Source of the DNA: Candidatus Hydrogenedentota bacterium
GTDB lineage: Bacteria > Hydrogenedentota > Hydrogenedentia > Hydrogenedentales > SLHB01
Direction of reading: 5' to 3'
Assembly (NCBI GenBank): GCA_036769985.1
Contig: DAIPKA010000033.1
Span: 8,900 to 72,899 of the forward strand
DNA: 64,000 nucleotides
Both the position numbers and the translations under genes were made by a program. The notes below the pieces were generated by a model, which was not told where the DNA came from, did no database searches, and was given only the letters and a program-made list of their open reading frames with translations. Shown here in pieces: positions 18,259 to 28,671 of the stretch (the first letter of the stretch is position 1; the number at the start of each line of letters is the position of its first letter).

Positions 18259-21200
18259 CTACAGGTAGCCGAGCGCCTCGAGTTGCTTGCGCGTGTCGCC
18301 CGCCGCGTCCTTGCCGAGCGCCGGCTCGGCGGCATTCTCGCGAATGTGCAGGCCCATGTCGTTGAGGAGACGATCCAACTCCTCCTCATCGTTCTTGCGC
18401 GGATTCTCTCCGCCGGCGATGTTGGTTTGCTCGCCGGGATCGGTCGCAAGATCATAGAACGCGACGGGGGCGAATCCACGCGGATTATCCTCGTTGGCGT
18501 GGACGATCTTGGCGCTCGTCGTGCGGACGGCCTGCAGATCGTTGCCCTCGAAATCCACCTCGGCGTAGACATATGCCGTATCGGCGTTGACGTCGTTACC
18601 GGAACGATCGACGAGGGGTTTACCGGGCATGGCGGCAGGCTTTTCGAGGCCGGCGTATTCAAGGAAGGTTGCCGGGATATCGATGTGCCGCGCAAAGTGC
18701 GCATTGGTCTCGCCGGCGCGGCCATTGGCCGGTAGCTTGACGATCAGTGGCACATGCATGAGCTCGTCGAATAGGGTCTGACCGTGCCACCACCCCTGGT
18801 GATCGTAGAACTCCTCGCCGTGGTCGGCCGTGAATACAATCAACGCGTCATCGTAGAGACCGCGATCGCGCAACCCCTGGAACAACTCGCCGAGATACTT
18901 GTCCATGTACTCGATGTCGTCGTTGTAAGCCTTCTTCATGGGCTCGGCCATCTTCGGGTCGGGATCGCCCATACGCGCGCGGGCGTAGCCGACGCCAGGT
19001 TTGTCGTGGTCCATGAAGGGATCGTGCGGATCCATGTAGTGCAGGAAGAGATAGAACGGCGTGCCTTCCGGTACCGCGCCGGCATCGAGCCATGCCAACG
19101 CGTCGTGGGTGACGACGTCCGCCGGCTGATAGAACTCGGTTACGTCGAGCTTGTTCGAGATCTTCGATGCAACCTTCTGTTTGCCGTGCCGAAGCACCTC
19201 GTAGAGCGAGAGTTTCGAGGCCGAGGGCGTTGCGCCGAAATAGTAGACGCTCGGCTTGAGGTCGGTGTAGTCGACGAATCCCTGGTCGAAGCTCCAAATG
19301 CTCATGATGTTCGGATTGTTCGACAGGCCCTTCGTGTAATAGCCGCCGTCGCGGAGCACCTCGGCTACGGTCTCTACCTCATCCGGCAGCGACGAGGTCT
19401 TCGTGGTGGCGGTATGCGATTCGGGATACAGTCCTGTGAAGAGGGTGGCGAAACTGGGCTTGGTCCACGTTGACTGGGCGAAGCAATCCGCGAAGAAGAG
19501 GCCGTCCTTCTTGAGCGCATCAAGGTTGGGCGTTTCGGCGGCGGCGGCGTCCGAATACATTCTCAAGTAGTCCGCCCGGAGCGCATCCGCCGCCACCAGG
19601 ATGATGTTCGGGCCGTGGACGCCGGCGGTTGGCTCGAACGGCGCCGCGGCTACCGGCGCCGGTTTCATGGCCGCACTGAGTCCGACACCGACGACGACGA
19701 GCACTCCGTACGCCACGGCGCCGGCCACGAGGCCTTTCATACGCCCGCCGCCCACGATCCAGAGGATGACGCCGACAACCAGGGCTGCCGCCAGTCCGAT
19801 GCCGAGGGCCGCGACCAGGATCTGGCCATTCTGGCTCATGGTAGGCGCGTGGCCCTCGAGCACGTCTCGTTGGAACCGGAACCGGCCTATCACGAGTACG
19901 CCTGCCGCCAACACACCGCCCAGGCTAAGCGCAAAGGTGGTGCGGCCGCTGGCGAACCGGTCCACGAGCAGGTAGAAGAATGCCAGCGCGCCGGCCACGC
20001 CGAGTCCGACCAAGGCGAACATGACCCCATAGGCCAGCGGCCCCCACCAGAACAGGCCGAGCTCCTGAAGGCCCTGTACGGTGCGGACCACCCAGCCGGC
20101 CTCGGCCAGGGCGATCACGGCGCCGCCGAGCGCGCCACCGAACAGGCCGGCCAGCACACAGCCGATCAGGCTACACCGGTACCTCTGCACGGCTTCCGGC
20201 GCCAGATGCAGGTATTCCTCAGTCTTGGCGGCGGCCGCTTCGCGGCGCGCCTGAGCCAGTTCCGCTTGGAGTTCCATCTTGCCGGGCCTCTTGCGCGCGA
20301 CATAGATGGGCAATCCGATGAGGAATGGAATGACGTCGCCTATCCACCACCCGAGGTGCGCGAAGGTGGCCGCCGCCGCCGCGCCGCTCTTAGCGCTCAA
20401 CAAGGTGACAAACACGATCTCGCGAATGCCTTCGCCCCCGATGGACGGCCCGAGCACCGTTCCGTAGATCATGAGCGGACTGGCGAACAGGATGTCGAGG
20501 AGATCGGTGTTGGTGGCGCGGATGGCCATCATGGTGCCAAAGTACATGATGCACGTGCCCACATGCACCAGAAAACCGAAGAACACCGCCAGGAGCAGAT
20601 CCCACCGGTTTCCGCTGTACGCCGTCGCGGCCGCGCCCAGCTTGAGAAGCTTATTCCGCACGAAGCCCGGTGTCGGCACCACAGACACGAGCACCTGAAT
20701 CACCCGAGGGTTCAGCAGCAGCATTAGGAACACCGCCACCATGCCGCCGAGAACCGCCAGAATGACGGCCAAGACCGGCACGTTGATGTTCAGCAAACGG
20801 AATCCGAGCGGAAACGTCAGGAAGACGAGGCCCGTCAGCGCGATGAAGCCAATGAGCTTCTCGACAGCGATCACGGTGACGCACTTGATGACCTCGCCGG
20901 TGTACCGCGAGGAATCGTAGAGTCGGTAGCCGTCCAGACCGATGGTTCCCGGCAGGAAGATGCCAATCGTGCGGCCCACGAACCAGCTCTGGACCAAGTA
21001 CCAGAACGGAATACTCAGGCCTTGCCCGTGGAGTAGAAGTCGCCACCGGAGCACTCCGCACAGCATGCCGACTAGCTTCACGACCAGCGCAAAGGTCAGC
21101 CAGAACGCGACCGCATGCGCCTGCGACTCACGAATCTCGCGCATCATGTCGGCCGGGCTGATGTCGCCAAACCGGTCGGAGGGAAGCCCGAACGTCTCCG

Positions 21201-21384
21201 GTCGGAACAACAGCAGGAAAAGACCCGCCGTCACCGCAAGTTTGATCACCCACCCAACCGACTTCTTCACAGACACAGTTTTTCCTCCGGTGCGCCGCCG
21301 CTCTATCGAATAGTCAGCATTTCCCGTTCGGGAGAGTACCATAGACTTCTCTGGCCTCACAACCTGGCGAGTGCTCGGTCCCAA
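18259..21384 (-). CDS. Polytopic membrane protein: MprF-flippase-like (UPF0104 / LPG-synthase-TM-like) domain fused to an alkaline-phosphatase-superfamily LtaS/phosphotransferase-like ('sulfatase' Pfam) domain
   Basis: About 14 predicted TM helices. The N-terminal third resembles UPF0104 flippase-like proteins. The C-terminal about 450 aa has the sulfatase-fold signature (LVAADALRADYL ... TKPSFATLFTGLYP). Thr replaces the FGly Cys/Ser and there is no Arg at +4, so it is a Thr-nucleophile LtaS/EptA-type enzyme rather than a true sulfatase. Confidence 0.7.
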   Translation of the reverse strand: MGPSTRQVVRPEKSMVLSRTGNADYSIERRRTGGKTVSVKKSVGWVIKLAVTAGLFLLLFRPETFGLPSDRFGDISPADMMREIRESQAHAVAFWLTFALVVKLVGMLCGVLRWRLLLHGQGLSIPFWYLVQSWFVGRTIGIFLPGTIGLDGYRLYDSSRYTGEVIKCVTVIAVEKLIGFIALTGLVFLTFPLGFRLLNINVPVLAVILAVLGGMVAVFLMLLLNPRVIQVLVSVVPTPGFVRNKLLKLGAAATAYSGNRWDLLLAVFFGFLVHVGTCIMYFGTMMAIRATNTDLLDILFASPLMIYGTVLGPSIGGEGIREIVFVTLLSAKSGAAAAATFAHLGWWIGDVIPFLIGLPIYVARKRPGKMELQAELAQARREAAAAKTEEYLHLAPEAVQRYRCSLIGCVLAGLFGGALGGAVIALAEAGWVVRTVQGLQELGLFWWGPLAYGVMFALVGLGVAGALAFFYLLVDRFASGRTTFALSLGGVLAAGVLVIGRFRFQRDVLEGHAPTMSQNGQILVAALGIGLAAALVVGVILWIVGGGRMKGLVAGAVAYGVLVVVGVGLSAAMKPAPVAAAPFEPTAGVHGPNIILVAADALRADYLRMYSDAAAAETPNLDALKKDGLFFADCFAQSTWTKPSFATLFTGLYPESHTATTKTSSLPDEVETVAEVLRDGGYYTKGLSNNPNIMSIWSFDQGFVDYTDLKPSVYYFGATPSASKLSLYEVLRHGKQKVASKISNKLDVTEFYQPADVVTHDALAWLDAGAVPEGTPFYLFLHYMDPHDPFMDHDKPGVGYARARMGDPDPKMAEPMKKAYNDDIEYMDKYLGELFQGLRDRGLYDDALIVFTADHGEEFYDHQGWWHGQTLFDELMHVPLIVKLPANGRAGETNAHFARHIDIPATFLEYAGLEKPAAMPGKPLVDRSGNDVNADTAYVYAEVDFEGNDLQAVRTTSAKIVHANEDNPRGFAPVAFYDLATDPGEQTNIAGGENPRKNDEEELDRLLNDMGLHIRENAAEPALGKDAAGDTRKQLEALGYL

Positions 21385-21512
21385 AGCGCGCGGACCTCGC
21401 CGTCTCCTCGTCTCGTCCTTTCCGGCAGGCCTTGCATTTGCCTATCGCCGAGGTCACACTGGCGTTCGGAACGCGGTCACGACCATTCAGAACGTCCTGA
21501 CGAGGAGGCACC

Positions 21513-21926
21513 ATGAGATTCGCCACCGAATACCTTTGGTTTGAGACCAAGCGAAAGCGCGAGTACATCAACATGACGGACACCGTCGAGGGTATCGTCG
21601 AGAAGAGCGGTATTCGTGAAGGCATGGTGTTGGTCAGCGCGATGCATATTACCGCGGGCGTCTATGTCAACGACGCGGAGTCCGGCCTGATCCAGGATAT
21701 CGACGAGTGGCTCGAGCGGCTTGCGCCCTTCAAGCCCGATTACCGGCACCACCGAACCGGCGAGACCAACGGCGACGCCCATCTCAAGAATCTGCTTGTC
21801 CATCACGAAGTGGTGGTGCCCATCACGGACGGACGCCTCGACCTCGGTCCGTGGCAGCAGATCTACTACGCCGAGTTTGACGGCCTGCGACGCAAACGCG
21901 TCGTCGTGAAGGCTATGGGCGACTAG
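21513..21926 (+). CDS. yjbQ: YjbQ/UPF0047 family protein (secondary thiamine-phosphate synthase-like)
   Basis: Full-length similarity to the YjbQ family ([29 protein letters not shown]). GAGGAGG RBS. Confidence 0.8.
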   Translation: MRFATEYLWFETKRKREYINMTDTVEGIVEKSGIREGMVLVSAMHITAGVYVNDAESGLIQDIDEWLERLAPFKPDYRHHRTGETNGDAHLKNLLVHHEVVVPITDGRLDLGPWQQIYYAEFDGLRRKRVVVKAMGD

Positions 21927-21994
21927 CGGCGGCGGCACCGGATTCTGCTATGATAGCCCTCTTCTCGCGTTGAAACCGTTGTGGGATTGACAAC

Positions 21995-23365
21995 ATGAAC
22001 GATTCAGTATCGTCCGTCAACTCGCGAGGGCAGTCGGTCTCGTGGAGTCCGGATTCGTGGCGCGCAAAAGAGGCGTTACAGCAGCCGGAGTACGACGACG
22101 CCGAGGCTGTGGCCGCCGCCCTACACACGTTGCGTAACAGGCCACCGCTCGTGGCGCCCGGCGAAATCGAGCGGCTGCGCCAGGCCCTGGCCGAGGCGGC
22201 CGAGGGTCGCCGTTTCGTGCTTCATGGAGGGGACTGCGCCGAGCGGTTCACCGATTGTACCGGCGCGGCGCTCAAGACGAAGCTTAAGGTTCTGCTCCAG
22301 ATGAGCGTCGTGCTCACGTACGGCACACGAAAACCCATCGTACGCATCGGTCGAATGGCGGGGCAATACGCCAAGCCTCGGAGTCAGGGTTTGGAACACG
22401 TTGGGCATCTTGAGGTGCCGGTTTATCGCGGCGACCTGATCAACGGCATCGAGCCCAACGCCGAGTCGAGAAAGCCCGATCCGCAACGGATGCTGGAGGG
22501 ATACAACCATGCCGCGGCGAGCCTGAACTACATCCGGGCGCTCATCGAGGGCGGATTCGCCGATCTTCACTATCCGCGTCAGTGGGATCTGGCATTCATC
22601 GACAGCAGTCCTCATCGCGAGGCGTATCATCAGGCCGTCGACGCGATTATCGATGCGATTGCCTTCATGGAGAGCATTGGTGCGGCCGGTATGACGCATT
22701 ACCTCCAGCGCGTCGACTTCTACACGTCGCACGAGGCCCTGCTGCTTCCCTACGAGGAGTGCCTGACGCGGGCGCACGATGATGGCCGCGTGTACAACCT
22801 CGGTGCCCATTTCCTTTGGGCCGGTTACCGAACGGCCGCCGTTGACGGCGCGCACATCGAGTATCTGCGCGGGATCCGCAATCCTATCGGCGTGAAAGTC
22901 GGTATCCATACGGGCGGCGAGGACTTGGTGCACCTCTTGCACGCCCTCGATCCGCGCTGCGAGCCGGGGCGCGTTACGCTCATCACCCGTTTCGGGGAGC
23001 GGCACGTCGCGGAACACCTGCCGCGCCTGGTGAGGGCCGTGGCCGGCGGGCGGCATTCCGTCGTGTGGAGCTGCGATCCGATGCACGGAAACACCGAGAC
23101 CGCGCGCGACGGACGCAAGACGAGGCGAATCGACGCGGTGTTCTCGGAACTCGAGCAGACCTTCGACCTGCACGCCGGCATGGGCACCTCGCTCGGCGGT
23201 GTGCATTTCGAACTCACCGGCGATCCGGTGACGGAATGCATTGGCGGATCAGCGGGCGTTGCCGAGAGCGACCTGGATCGGTGCTACGAAACGGCGTGCG
23301 ATCCTCGTCTGAACGGGGCCCAGGCCCTCGAGTTGGCGTTTCTTATTGCGCGGTTGCTGCGGTAG
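21995..23365 (+). CDS. aroG: 3-deoxy-D-arabino-heptulosonate-7-phosphate synthase, class II
   Basis: About 455 aa with class II DAHP synthase motifs (VLHGGDCAERF, GQYAKPRS). Confidence 0.85.
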   Translation: MNDSVSSVNSRGQSVSWSPDSWRAKEALQQPEYDDAEAVAAALHTLRNRPPLVAPGEIERLRQALAEAAEGRRFVLHGGDCAERFTDCTGAALKTKLKVLLQMSVVLTYGTRKPIVRIGRMAGQYAKPRSQGLEHVGHLEVPVYRGDLINGIEPNAESRKPDPQRMLEGYNHAAASLNYIRALIEGGFADLHYPRQWDLAFIDSSPHREAYHQAVDAIIDAIAFMESIGAAGMTHYLQRVDFYTSHEALLLPYEECLTRAHDDGRVYNLGAHFLWAGYRTAAVDGAHIEYLRGIRNPIGVKVGIHTGGEDLVHLLHALDPRCEPGRVTLITRFGERHVAEHLPRLVRAVAGGRHSVVWSCDPMHGNTETARDGRKTRRIDAVFSELEQTFDLHAGMGTSLGGVHFELTGDPVTECIGGSAGVAESDLDRCYETACDPRLNGAQALELAFLIARLLR

Positions 23366-23393
23366 CCCCCGCGCGTGAAGGAGCGAGGCAGGC

Positions 23394-24455
23394 ATGTACA
23401 CGCAGGTTCAGGCCCGTGCCGTTGCCCGCCACGGCAAGGCCGTGGAGCTTCGGAGCGACACGTTCACGGTGCCGACCCCGGCCATGCGCGAGGCCATGGC
23501 CAATGCGGCCGTCGGCGATGATGTTTATGGCGAAGACCCAACGGTTAGGGCGCTCCAATCGCGCGCGGCCGAACTCATGGGCAAAGAGGCCGCGCTATTC
23601 TTGCCGTCGGGAACCATGGCCAACCTCGTGGCCATCCTGGCGCAGACGCGTCCCGGCGACAGTATCATTCTGAGTCGCGAAGCGCATCCCATCAACTACG
23701 AATCGGGCAATGTGGCCATGGTGGCGGGCGTGTTGCCGAGGCCGGTGATCGCCGAGTATGGGATTCTGAGCGCGGATGACATTGCGCCGTGGATCGTCCC
23801 GCGCGACGCCGACCATCATCTCGCGCCGACGACGTTGGTCTCGATCGAGAACACGTCCAACCGGGGCGGCGGCGCCGTCTATCCCATTGAGACGGCGGCG
23901 GCCATCGGCGATCTCGCCCACCGGCACGGCCTGAGGGTGCACTGCGATGGCGCGCGGATCTTCCACGCGGCCGTGGCGTCGGGCGTGCCGGCGATCGAGT
24001 ACGCCTCGCATACGGACACGATCAGCTTCTGTCTTTCCAAGGGCCTTGGCGCGCCGGTGGGTTCGGTGTTGGCGGGTGATGCGGCGACCCTCGACGTAGC
24101 GCACCGGTTCCGGAAGATGCTGGGGGGCGGCATGCGACAGGCCGGCATCCTTGCTGCGGCGGGTCTGTTTGCCCTCGATCATCACATCGGGCGACTCCGC
24201 GACGACCACCGGCGAGCCCGGCGCTTCCGGGAACTGGTCGAAGGAACGGCCGGCGTCTCGTTTCCCATGCCATCGCCGACGAACATGGTGTATTTCGAGG
24301 TGGCCGATGGGCCGGGCACGGCGGCGCGACTCCGGGAATTGGGGGTGTACGTGGGCGTGACGGCCGGGCGGCTACGGGCCGTGTTTCACCTCGATGTTTC
24401 GGACGAGGATGTGGAAATCGCCGCGGACGCGGTCAGGCAGGTGCTGCAGCCTTAG
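23394..24455 (+). CDS. ltaE: Low-specificity L-threonine aldolase
   Basis: PLP-dependent Beta_elim_lyase family (LRSDTFTVPT, DDVYGEDPTV, SKGLGAPVGS). Confidence 0.8.
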   Translation: MYTQVQARAVARHGKAVELRSDTFTVPTPAMREAMANAAVGDDVYGEDPTVRALQSRAAELMGKEAALFLPSGTMANLVAILAQTRPGDSIILSREAHPINYESGNVAMVAGVLPRPVIAEYGILSADDIAPWIVPRDADHHLAPTTLVSIENTSNRGGGAVYPIETAAAIGDLAHRHGLRVHCDGARIFHAAVASGVPAIEYASHTDTISFCLSKGLGAPVGSVLAGDAATLDVAHRFRKMLGGGMRQAGILAAAGLFALDHHIGRLRDDHRRARRFRELVEGTAGVSFPMPSPTNMVYFEVADGPGTAARLRELGVYVGVTAGRLRAVFHLDVSDEDVEIAADAVRQVLQP

Positions 24456-26097
24456 TCGCCGCGGATTCCGCCGGTTCGGCCGCCGGTTCGTCCGGGCACT
24501 CCAACGTCAGTTCGCCGGTGATTTCGCCGTCTTCATGCGCGATCAGGAGCGACACCTCGCGCATTGCGGAGACGCGTTCAGACCAGGGCGCAAGAGCCTC
24601 GTCCAGCGTTGCAGACGTGTAGCCTCGGAGCATACCGCTCTTGGCCCATTCCATGGCCAGGGCACGGACGGCCTCGATGCACGGTCCCGGCTTGATGCGC
24701 ACGTATACGTTGCCGGGCACGTCCAGGCGGGTCTCCGATACACCGCCGGCCAGAACGGCCTCGAGGGCCGTCCGACTGGTGCTCACGAGCAGACCGGTAT
24801 CCCACGGAACGGCCGTAGGCTCGATCGATGGGCCTCCAATCATCGGCAGCCACGCTCGGCCCAGCTCCGCGTCGTAGCGCGGAAACGTATCCCAGGGATA
24901 CAACCCTTCCGGCGTTGTCGGGATTGACGCCAGCGTAGCCGCGATGGCCTCGCGCTCGCCGCCGAATACGCCGACGAACTCTGGAACTGGCACCATTTCA
25001 TTCACGTCAACCCCCCGCCAACACAGGGCGAAACCCGGGCCGAGGGGCGCCACGAGGCCGGCCAGAAAGCGGCGGGCCAAGTCCCCCGTCGTCGGCTCGA
25101 TGTCCTGCGGTGTCCACGCGCCGATGAGATCGTCCAATGACATCTCCGACTCGAAGGCCTCGGCCACCTCCGACCAGAGCGCCTGAACGGAGACACCGAG
25201 GTCGGCCGACAACTCGATGAGCCCCTCGGGCGGGACTTGCAGTGGTCGTGGTGCGCTTGCTGAGAGCACGCCGGAAAAGCGCTCTTGCCATTGGGGCTTC
25301 AGCGCGGCGCGGTAACGCAGGCAGGCTTCGGACGCATCGATGCGCACCGCAAAGCTGAACGAGGCCAACATGGTGCCGGCGCGTCCCCACGCCGACGAGA
25401 CCGGCGTGTCGGGCGGCGGCGTGTCGGGAAAGCGGATGGCGCCGTGCAGGTCTTCGCCGCCGAAGGCTTCAGCGGTTTTCGCAAGCTCCTCACGCGTCAT
25501 GGCCTCATCTTCGGGCAGCGTCAACGCGCGGATCAGGGCGTCGCGCGAAGGACTGGCCGCCAGCACGCGGCCGCGGACGGCATAGTAGACGCCGAGCTTC
25601 TCGACGCGGCGCACGTTGAGACCGCCGGCCTCGTCTTCTTCAATGCCCGGCACGAATCGTCGGAGCTTCTCGGCGAGGCAACCGATTCGCCTCATCTTGG
25701 TCACAAATAGGATGTCGCTGAACTGCTCGGTGTCGTTGCCGGAGATGTGGCACACGGTGCCGATCAGGTTGTTGATGACCCACTCCGGGGCGCCCAAGTC
25801 GCCGCTCAAACGCGCCAACGCTTCGCCACCCCAGGACTCCGGCAGCGCGTCCCACACGTGTGACGTCGCCAGCTTCGCACGCCTGTCGAGCAAGTTGCTT
25901 GCCGAGATCCGGAAGGCCTGCTCCCTGGGAATGATACGACTGACGGCGCACGAGTCGCGACTCGCCCAGACCCCGTAAATCAGGACGGCCAACACCATCA
26001 CGGCGCCATACGCACAACCGCGCCGTCCGCGGCCTCGAGGCACCGCCGACTGAATGGGTCGCCGCGATCGCGGATATGTCCTGAGTGCCTCGCTCAT
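24433..26097 (-). CDS. Hypothetical protein (554 aa), N-terminal TM/signal anchor; translationally coupled (ATGA) to the upstream ceramidase-like gene
   Basis: Long ORF in the operon frame with a 4-nt start/stop overlap with the upstream gene. No recognisable domain. Confidence 0.5.
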   Translation of the reverse strand: MSEALRTYPRSRRPIQSAVPRGRGRRGCAYGAVMVLAVLIYGVWASRDSCAVSRIIPREQAFRISASNLLDRRAKLATSHVWDALPESWGGEALARLSGDLGAPEWVINNLIGTVCHISGNDTEQFSDILFVTKMRRIGCLAEKLRRFVPGIEEDEAGGLNVRRVEKLGVYYAVRGRVLAASPSRDALIRALTLPEDEAMTREELAKTAEAFGGEDLHGAIRFPDTPPPDTPVSSAWGRAGTMLASFSFAVRIDASEACLRYRAALKPQWQERFSGVLSASAPRPLQVPPEGLIELSADLGVSVQALWSEVAEAFESEMSLDDLIGAWTPQDIEPTTGDLARRFLAGLVAPLGPGFALCWRGVDVNEMVPVPEFVGVFGGEREAIAATLASIPTTPEGLYPWDTFPRYDAELGRAWLPMIGGPSIEPTAVPWDTGLLVSTSRTALEAVLAGGVSETRLDVPGNVYVRIKPGPCIEAVRALAMEWAKSGMLRGYTSATLDEALAPWSERVSAMREVSLLIAHEDGEITGELTLECPDEPAAEPAESAATKAAAPA

Positions 26098-28622
26098 TCG
26101 TTCTCGCCTTCCGACGCACTATCGACATGGATCTCGAAAAACTCGCCTGGCACGCCATCCTCCCCGGCAAAGCCGATGCGCACAAGACGTCGGCTCGGCA
26201 GGAACACGACGCCGAAGTCTGTCTGCTCACTCCAAACGCGCGTCGAGTCGGCCATCAGGGGCTCCGTGTCGCGGAGGGCGCGCTCCAGTTCAGCCGCCGA
26301 GATGATGTGCTCTTCCTCGAGCAACTCGGCTACGCGTCGGTGTCGCGCGCAGGCGACGGGATCGGCCTGTGACGCATCGGTGGCCACGCCTAGGAGCACG
26401 TCGTTCTGCGGCAGGCGCACCTGGGGCATAGGGCCGCACTCGAGCACGCACGCCCGGTCCCGCTCCGTCTTCTTCGCGGGCGTGGCCAGCATCACATGGT
26501 AGCCGGCTAGTTCCGGGATATCCCGGATCTGGGCCAGGGCGCGATCCAGACCGTCCGTGTCTTGCAGGATGCTTCGGAGCACGATGCCAAGCGGTGGGCC
26601 GGCCACGGGACGCGGTTCCTTCTCGGATTCATCGGCCAACATGGCCGCCAGCGATGGGACGTCGATTCCGGAAACGGGAGTGGTTGATACCGGCGCCGCG
26701 CACAACACGAGGCCGGAATCGTTCATGCCGGCGAAGGTTCCCATACTCGTGGTGGAACTCACCGCGACGAACCGATGCCCTTCCTTTGGCGCGACATCCG
26801 TAACGAGCATCGCTCCGAGGCCGTTCGCGGCGCTATTGAACCCCACGAGTAGATCATCCGCGCCGGCCCGTTCTCCGAGCGCCGCGAACAGCGTGCCGGC
26901 CAGTGGCCCGGCTGCCGGCGCCGACGGCTGCGCGCTCTCGAGAAGCCATAGGGCGTCGAAGGGGAGGCCGAGGACCTCCGCCTGGCCGGCGAGGCCATCG
27001 ATCACGTGCTGAGATACGCCGTACAGGCGAGGCCGCGCCTTGATCGCCGAGGCCGGCAAGAGCAGCGGCGTCGGATCGAGGTATCGCCCTAGGAAACGGC
27101 CCAGTCCGGTTTCGGGGATCATCTTCGCCTCGGCGATGCTCGCCACCACCCGGTCCTTGTACGCGCGCTCCATCTCGTCGCGGAAAGCCAGGGCGCGCTG
27201 CGCGCCCATGGCGAAGTCCGTTCCGCGCAAGGTCACCCACCGTGCCCCATTGTGCGTTTCAACGGCGGGCGGCTCCTCGGCTTCAGCCTCCTCGTCTTCA
27301 CCATGCGGTGCCCGACTGGTGAGTAGGGCCAGCTGAACGTAGAGCCACTGCGCGATATGGGGTCCGAAGAAGTTCATCGAGGCTTCATAGGAGGCGGTAC
27401 CGTACAGGTCCACGGGGGCGAAGTATCCCAGGAAATCGTTCGCCAGGCCCACGGTGAACTGGGCCGCGTAACCCCATTCCGCCGCGCGTCGGCGGAGTTC
27501 AAGTCCGATCTGCACGCACGGCTCGCCAGGCAGGAAATGAACGGCGAGCGTTTCAGGGGGGGGCGTTTGTGCCGTTTCGCCGGGTGCCGCGCTCTGGACC
27601 TCGACCTCGAGCACCTGGAGTATCCCTTCCCTCGGGAGAAGGGCGTCCGCCAAGGATCGCGGAAGACTCGGCGCCGCTTGGGCTACCCGCAAAGCCGCAT
27701 CCCCGCAGACGACACTGCCCGCGACTTCCCACGTGCGCTCGCCCAATAGCCGGCCGAGCGATTCCGTTCGCTCCCATCCTTTCTTGGCTTCGGGATTGCC
27801 CGGTCCCTGGTTTCCCTCGGCCCCGTTCAGGAAGAGCGCGATGGTGTCGCCGCCGGCGAGGGTCTCGATCGTCGCACAACAGTAACCAGGGAAATCGGCG
27901 GAGATCGAGAATAGATCTGGACCGTCAATGGTCGTGGGATGCATGGCGAAGTTGGCCACGACCGCGATCGGCACGCCATCGGCATTCTCAACGCGAATGA
28001 CCCCCAACTGCGTATCCACGGGTCCACCGTCCTCTTGGCGGTTGACGGACAGGCCTTCCGCGACGCCCGCCGCAAAACCCACGGCGGCCCGCTGATGGCT
28101 GGCCCGCGCACTTTGCATAGCCTGGACGAAGGCCTGGGCCGTCGCGTCCAGTACCTCGGGCATGAATCGGCCCGAGACCGCCCGGAACGGCAATGCGCTG
28201 ATCATGCCGCCTTGGCCGCTGTGGGTGTGGGTGGCCGTCAAGATGATGAATCGAGGGCGATCTGTTTCGGTGGAAGAACCGTCGCGTAACGAGGTCGCGG
28301 CGAGTTGGTGGATGCGCTCGCGAAGCTCCGGGTTGATCAAGCACAGATCCGCGCTGAGGAGGAACACTTCCGTCTTGCCATCGTCGAGGTACAAACAACG
28401 CACCCAGAGCGGATCGTGCACATCCCTTGACTCGCGGCCCAGTCGCGCCCCATAGCCGTTGAGCGGCGTGCCCACGGGTGGGGTGATCGCGACCTTCGCG
28501 GCGCCGGCCTCGATCGCGCTCGCCGCGTGATCGGCGCCCAAGCCGCCCACAAACGCCAAGGCGAGGATCGTCGCGAACGCGCGCCGACGCGCCGAATATC
28601 GCCATCGGTTATTCATACTCAT
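26094..28622 (-). CDS. Neutral/alkaline ceramidase-like secreted hydrolase with a C-terminal extension
   Basis: RR-containing signal peptide. The N-terminal domain matches the neutral ceramidase family (GYGARLGRESRDVHDPLWVRCLYLDDG, LSADLCLI, ILTATHTHSG). Confidence 0.65.
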   Translation of the reverse strand: MSMNNRWRYSARRRAFATILALAFVGGLGADHAASAIEAGAAKVAITPPVGTPLNGYGARLGRESRDVHDPLWVRCLYLDDGKTEVFLLSADLCLINPELRERIHQLAATSLRDGSSTETDRPRFIILTATHTHSGQGGMISALPFRAVSGRFMPEVLDATAQAFVQAMQSARASHQRAAVGFAAGVAEGLSVNRQEDGGPVDTQLGVIRVENADGVPIAVVANFAMHPTTIDGPDLFSISADFPGYCCATIETLAGGDTIALFLNGAEGNQGPGNPEAKKGWERTESLGRLLGERTWEVAGSVVCGDAALRVAQAAPSLPRSLADALLPREGILQVLEVEVQSAAPGETAQTPPPETLAVHFLPGEPCVQIGLELRRRAAEWGYAAQFTVGLANDFLGYFAPVDLYGTASYEASMNFFGPHIAQWLYVQLALLTSRAPHGEDEEAEAEEPPAVETHNGARWVTLRGTDFAMGAQRALAFRDEMERAYKDRVVASIAEAKMIPETGLGRFLGRYLDPTPLLLPASAIKARPRLYGVSQHVIDGLAGQAEVLGLPFDALWLLESAQPSAPAAGPLAGTLFAALGERAGADDLLVGFNSAANGLGAMLVTDVAPKEGHRFVAVSSTTSMGTFAGMNDSGLVLCAAPVSTTPVSGIDVPSLAAMLADESEKEPRPVAGPPLGIVLRSILQDTDGLDRALAQIRDIPELAGYHVMLATPAKKTERDRACVLECGPMPQVRLPQNDVLLGVATDASQADPVACARHRRVAELLEEEHIISAAELERALRDTEPLMADSTRVWSEQTDFGVVFLPSRRLVRIGFAGEDGVPGEFFEIHVDSASEGENE

Positions 28623-28671
28623 TCCGTATTATGTCACCCACGCGCCGGCTCCGGCACGCGTATTCTGCCCA

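Noticed and set aside
18259-21384. Calling the C-terminal domain a true (FGly-dependent) sulfatase, substrate of the FGE at 45896..46771
   Set aside because: The would-be CxPxR site reads TKPSF (Thr nucleophile, no Arg). This is typical of LtaS/EptA/OpgB phosphotransferases, not of FGE-modified sulfatases.
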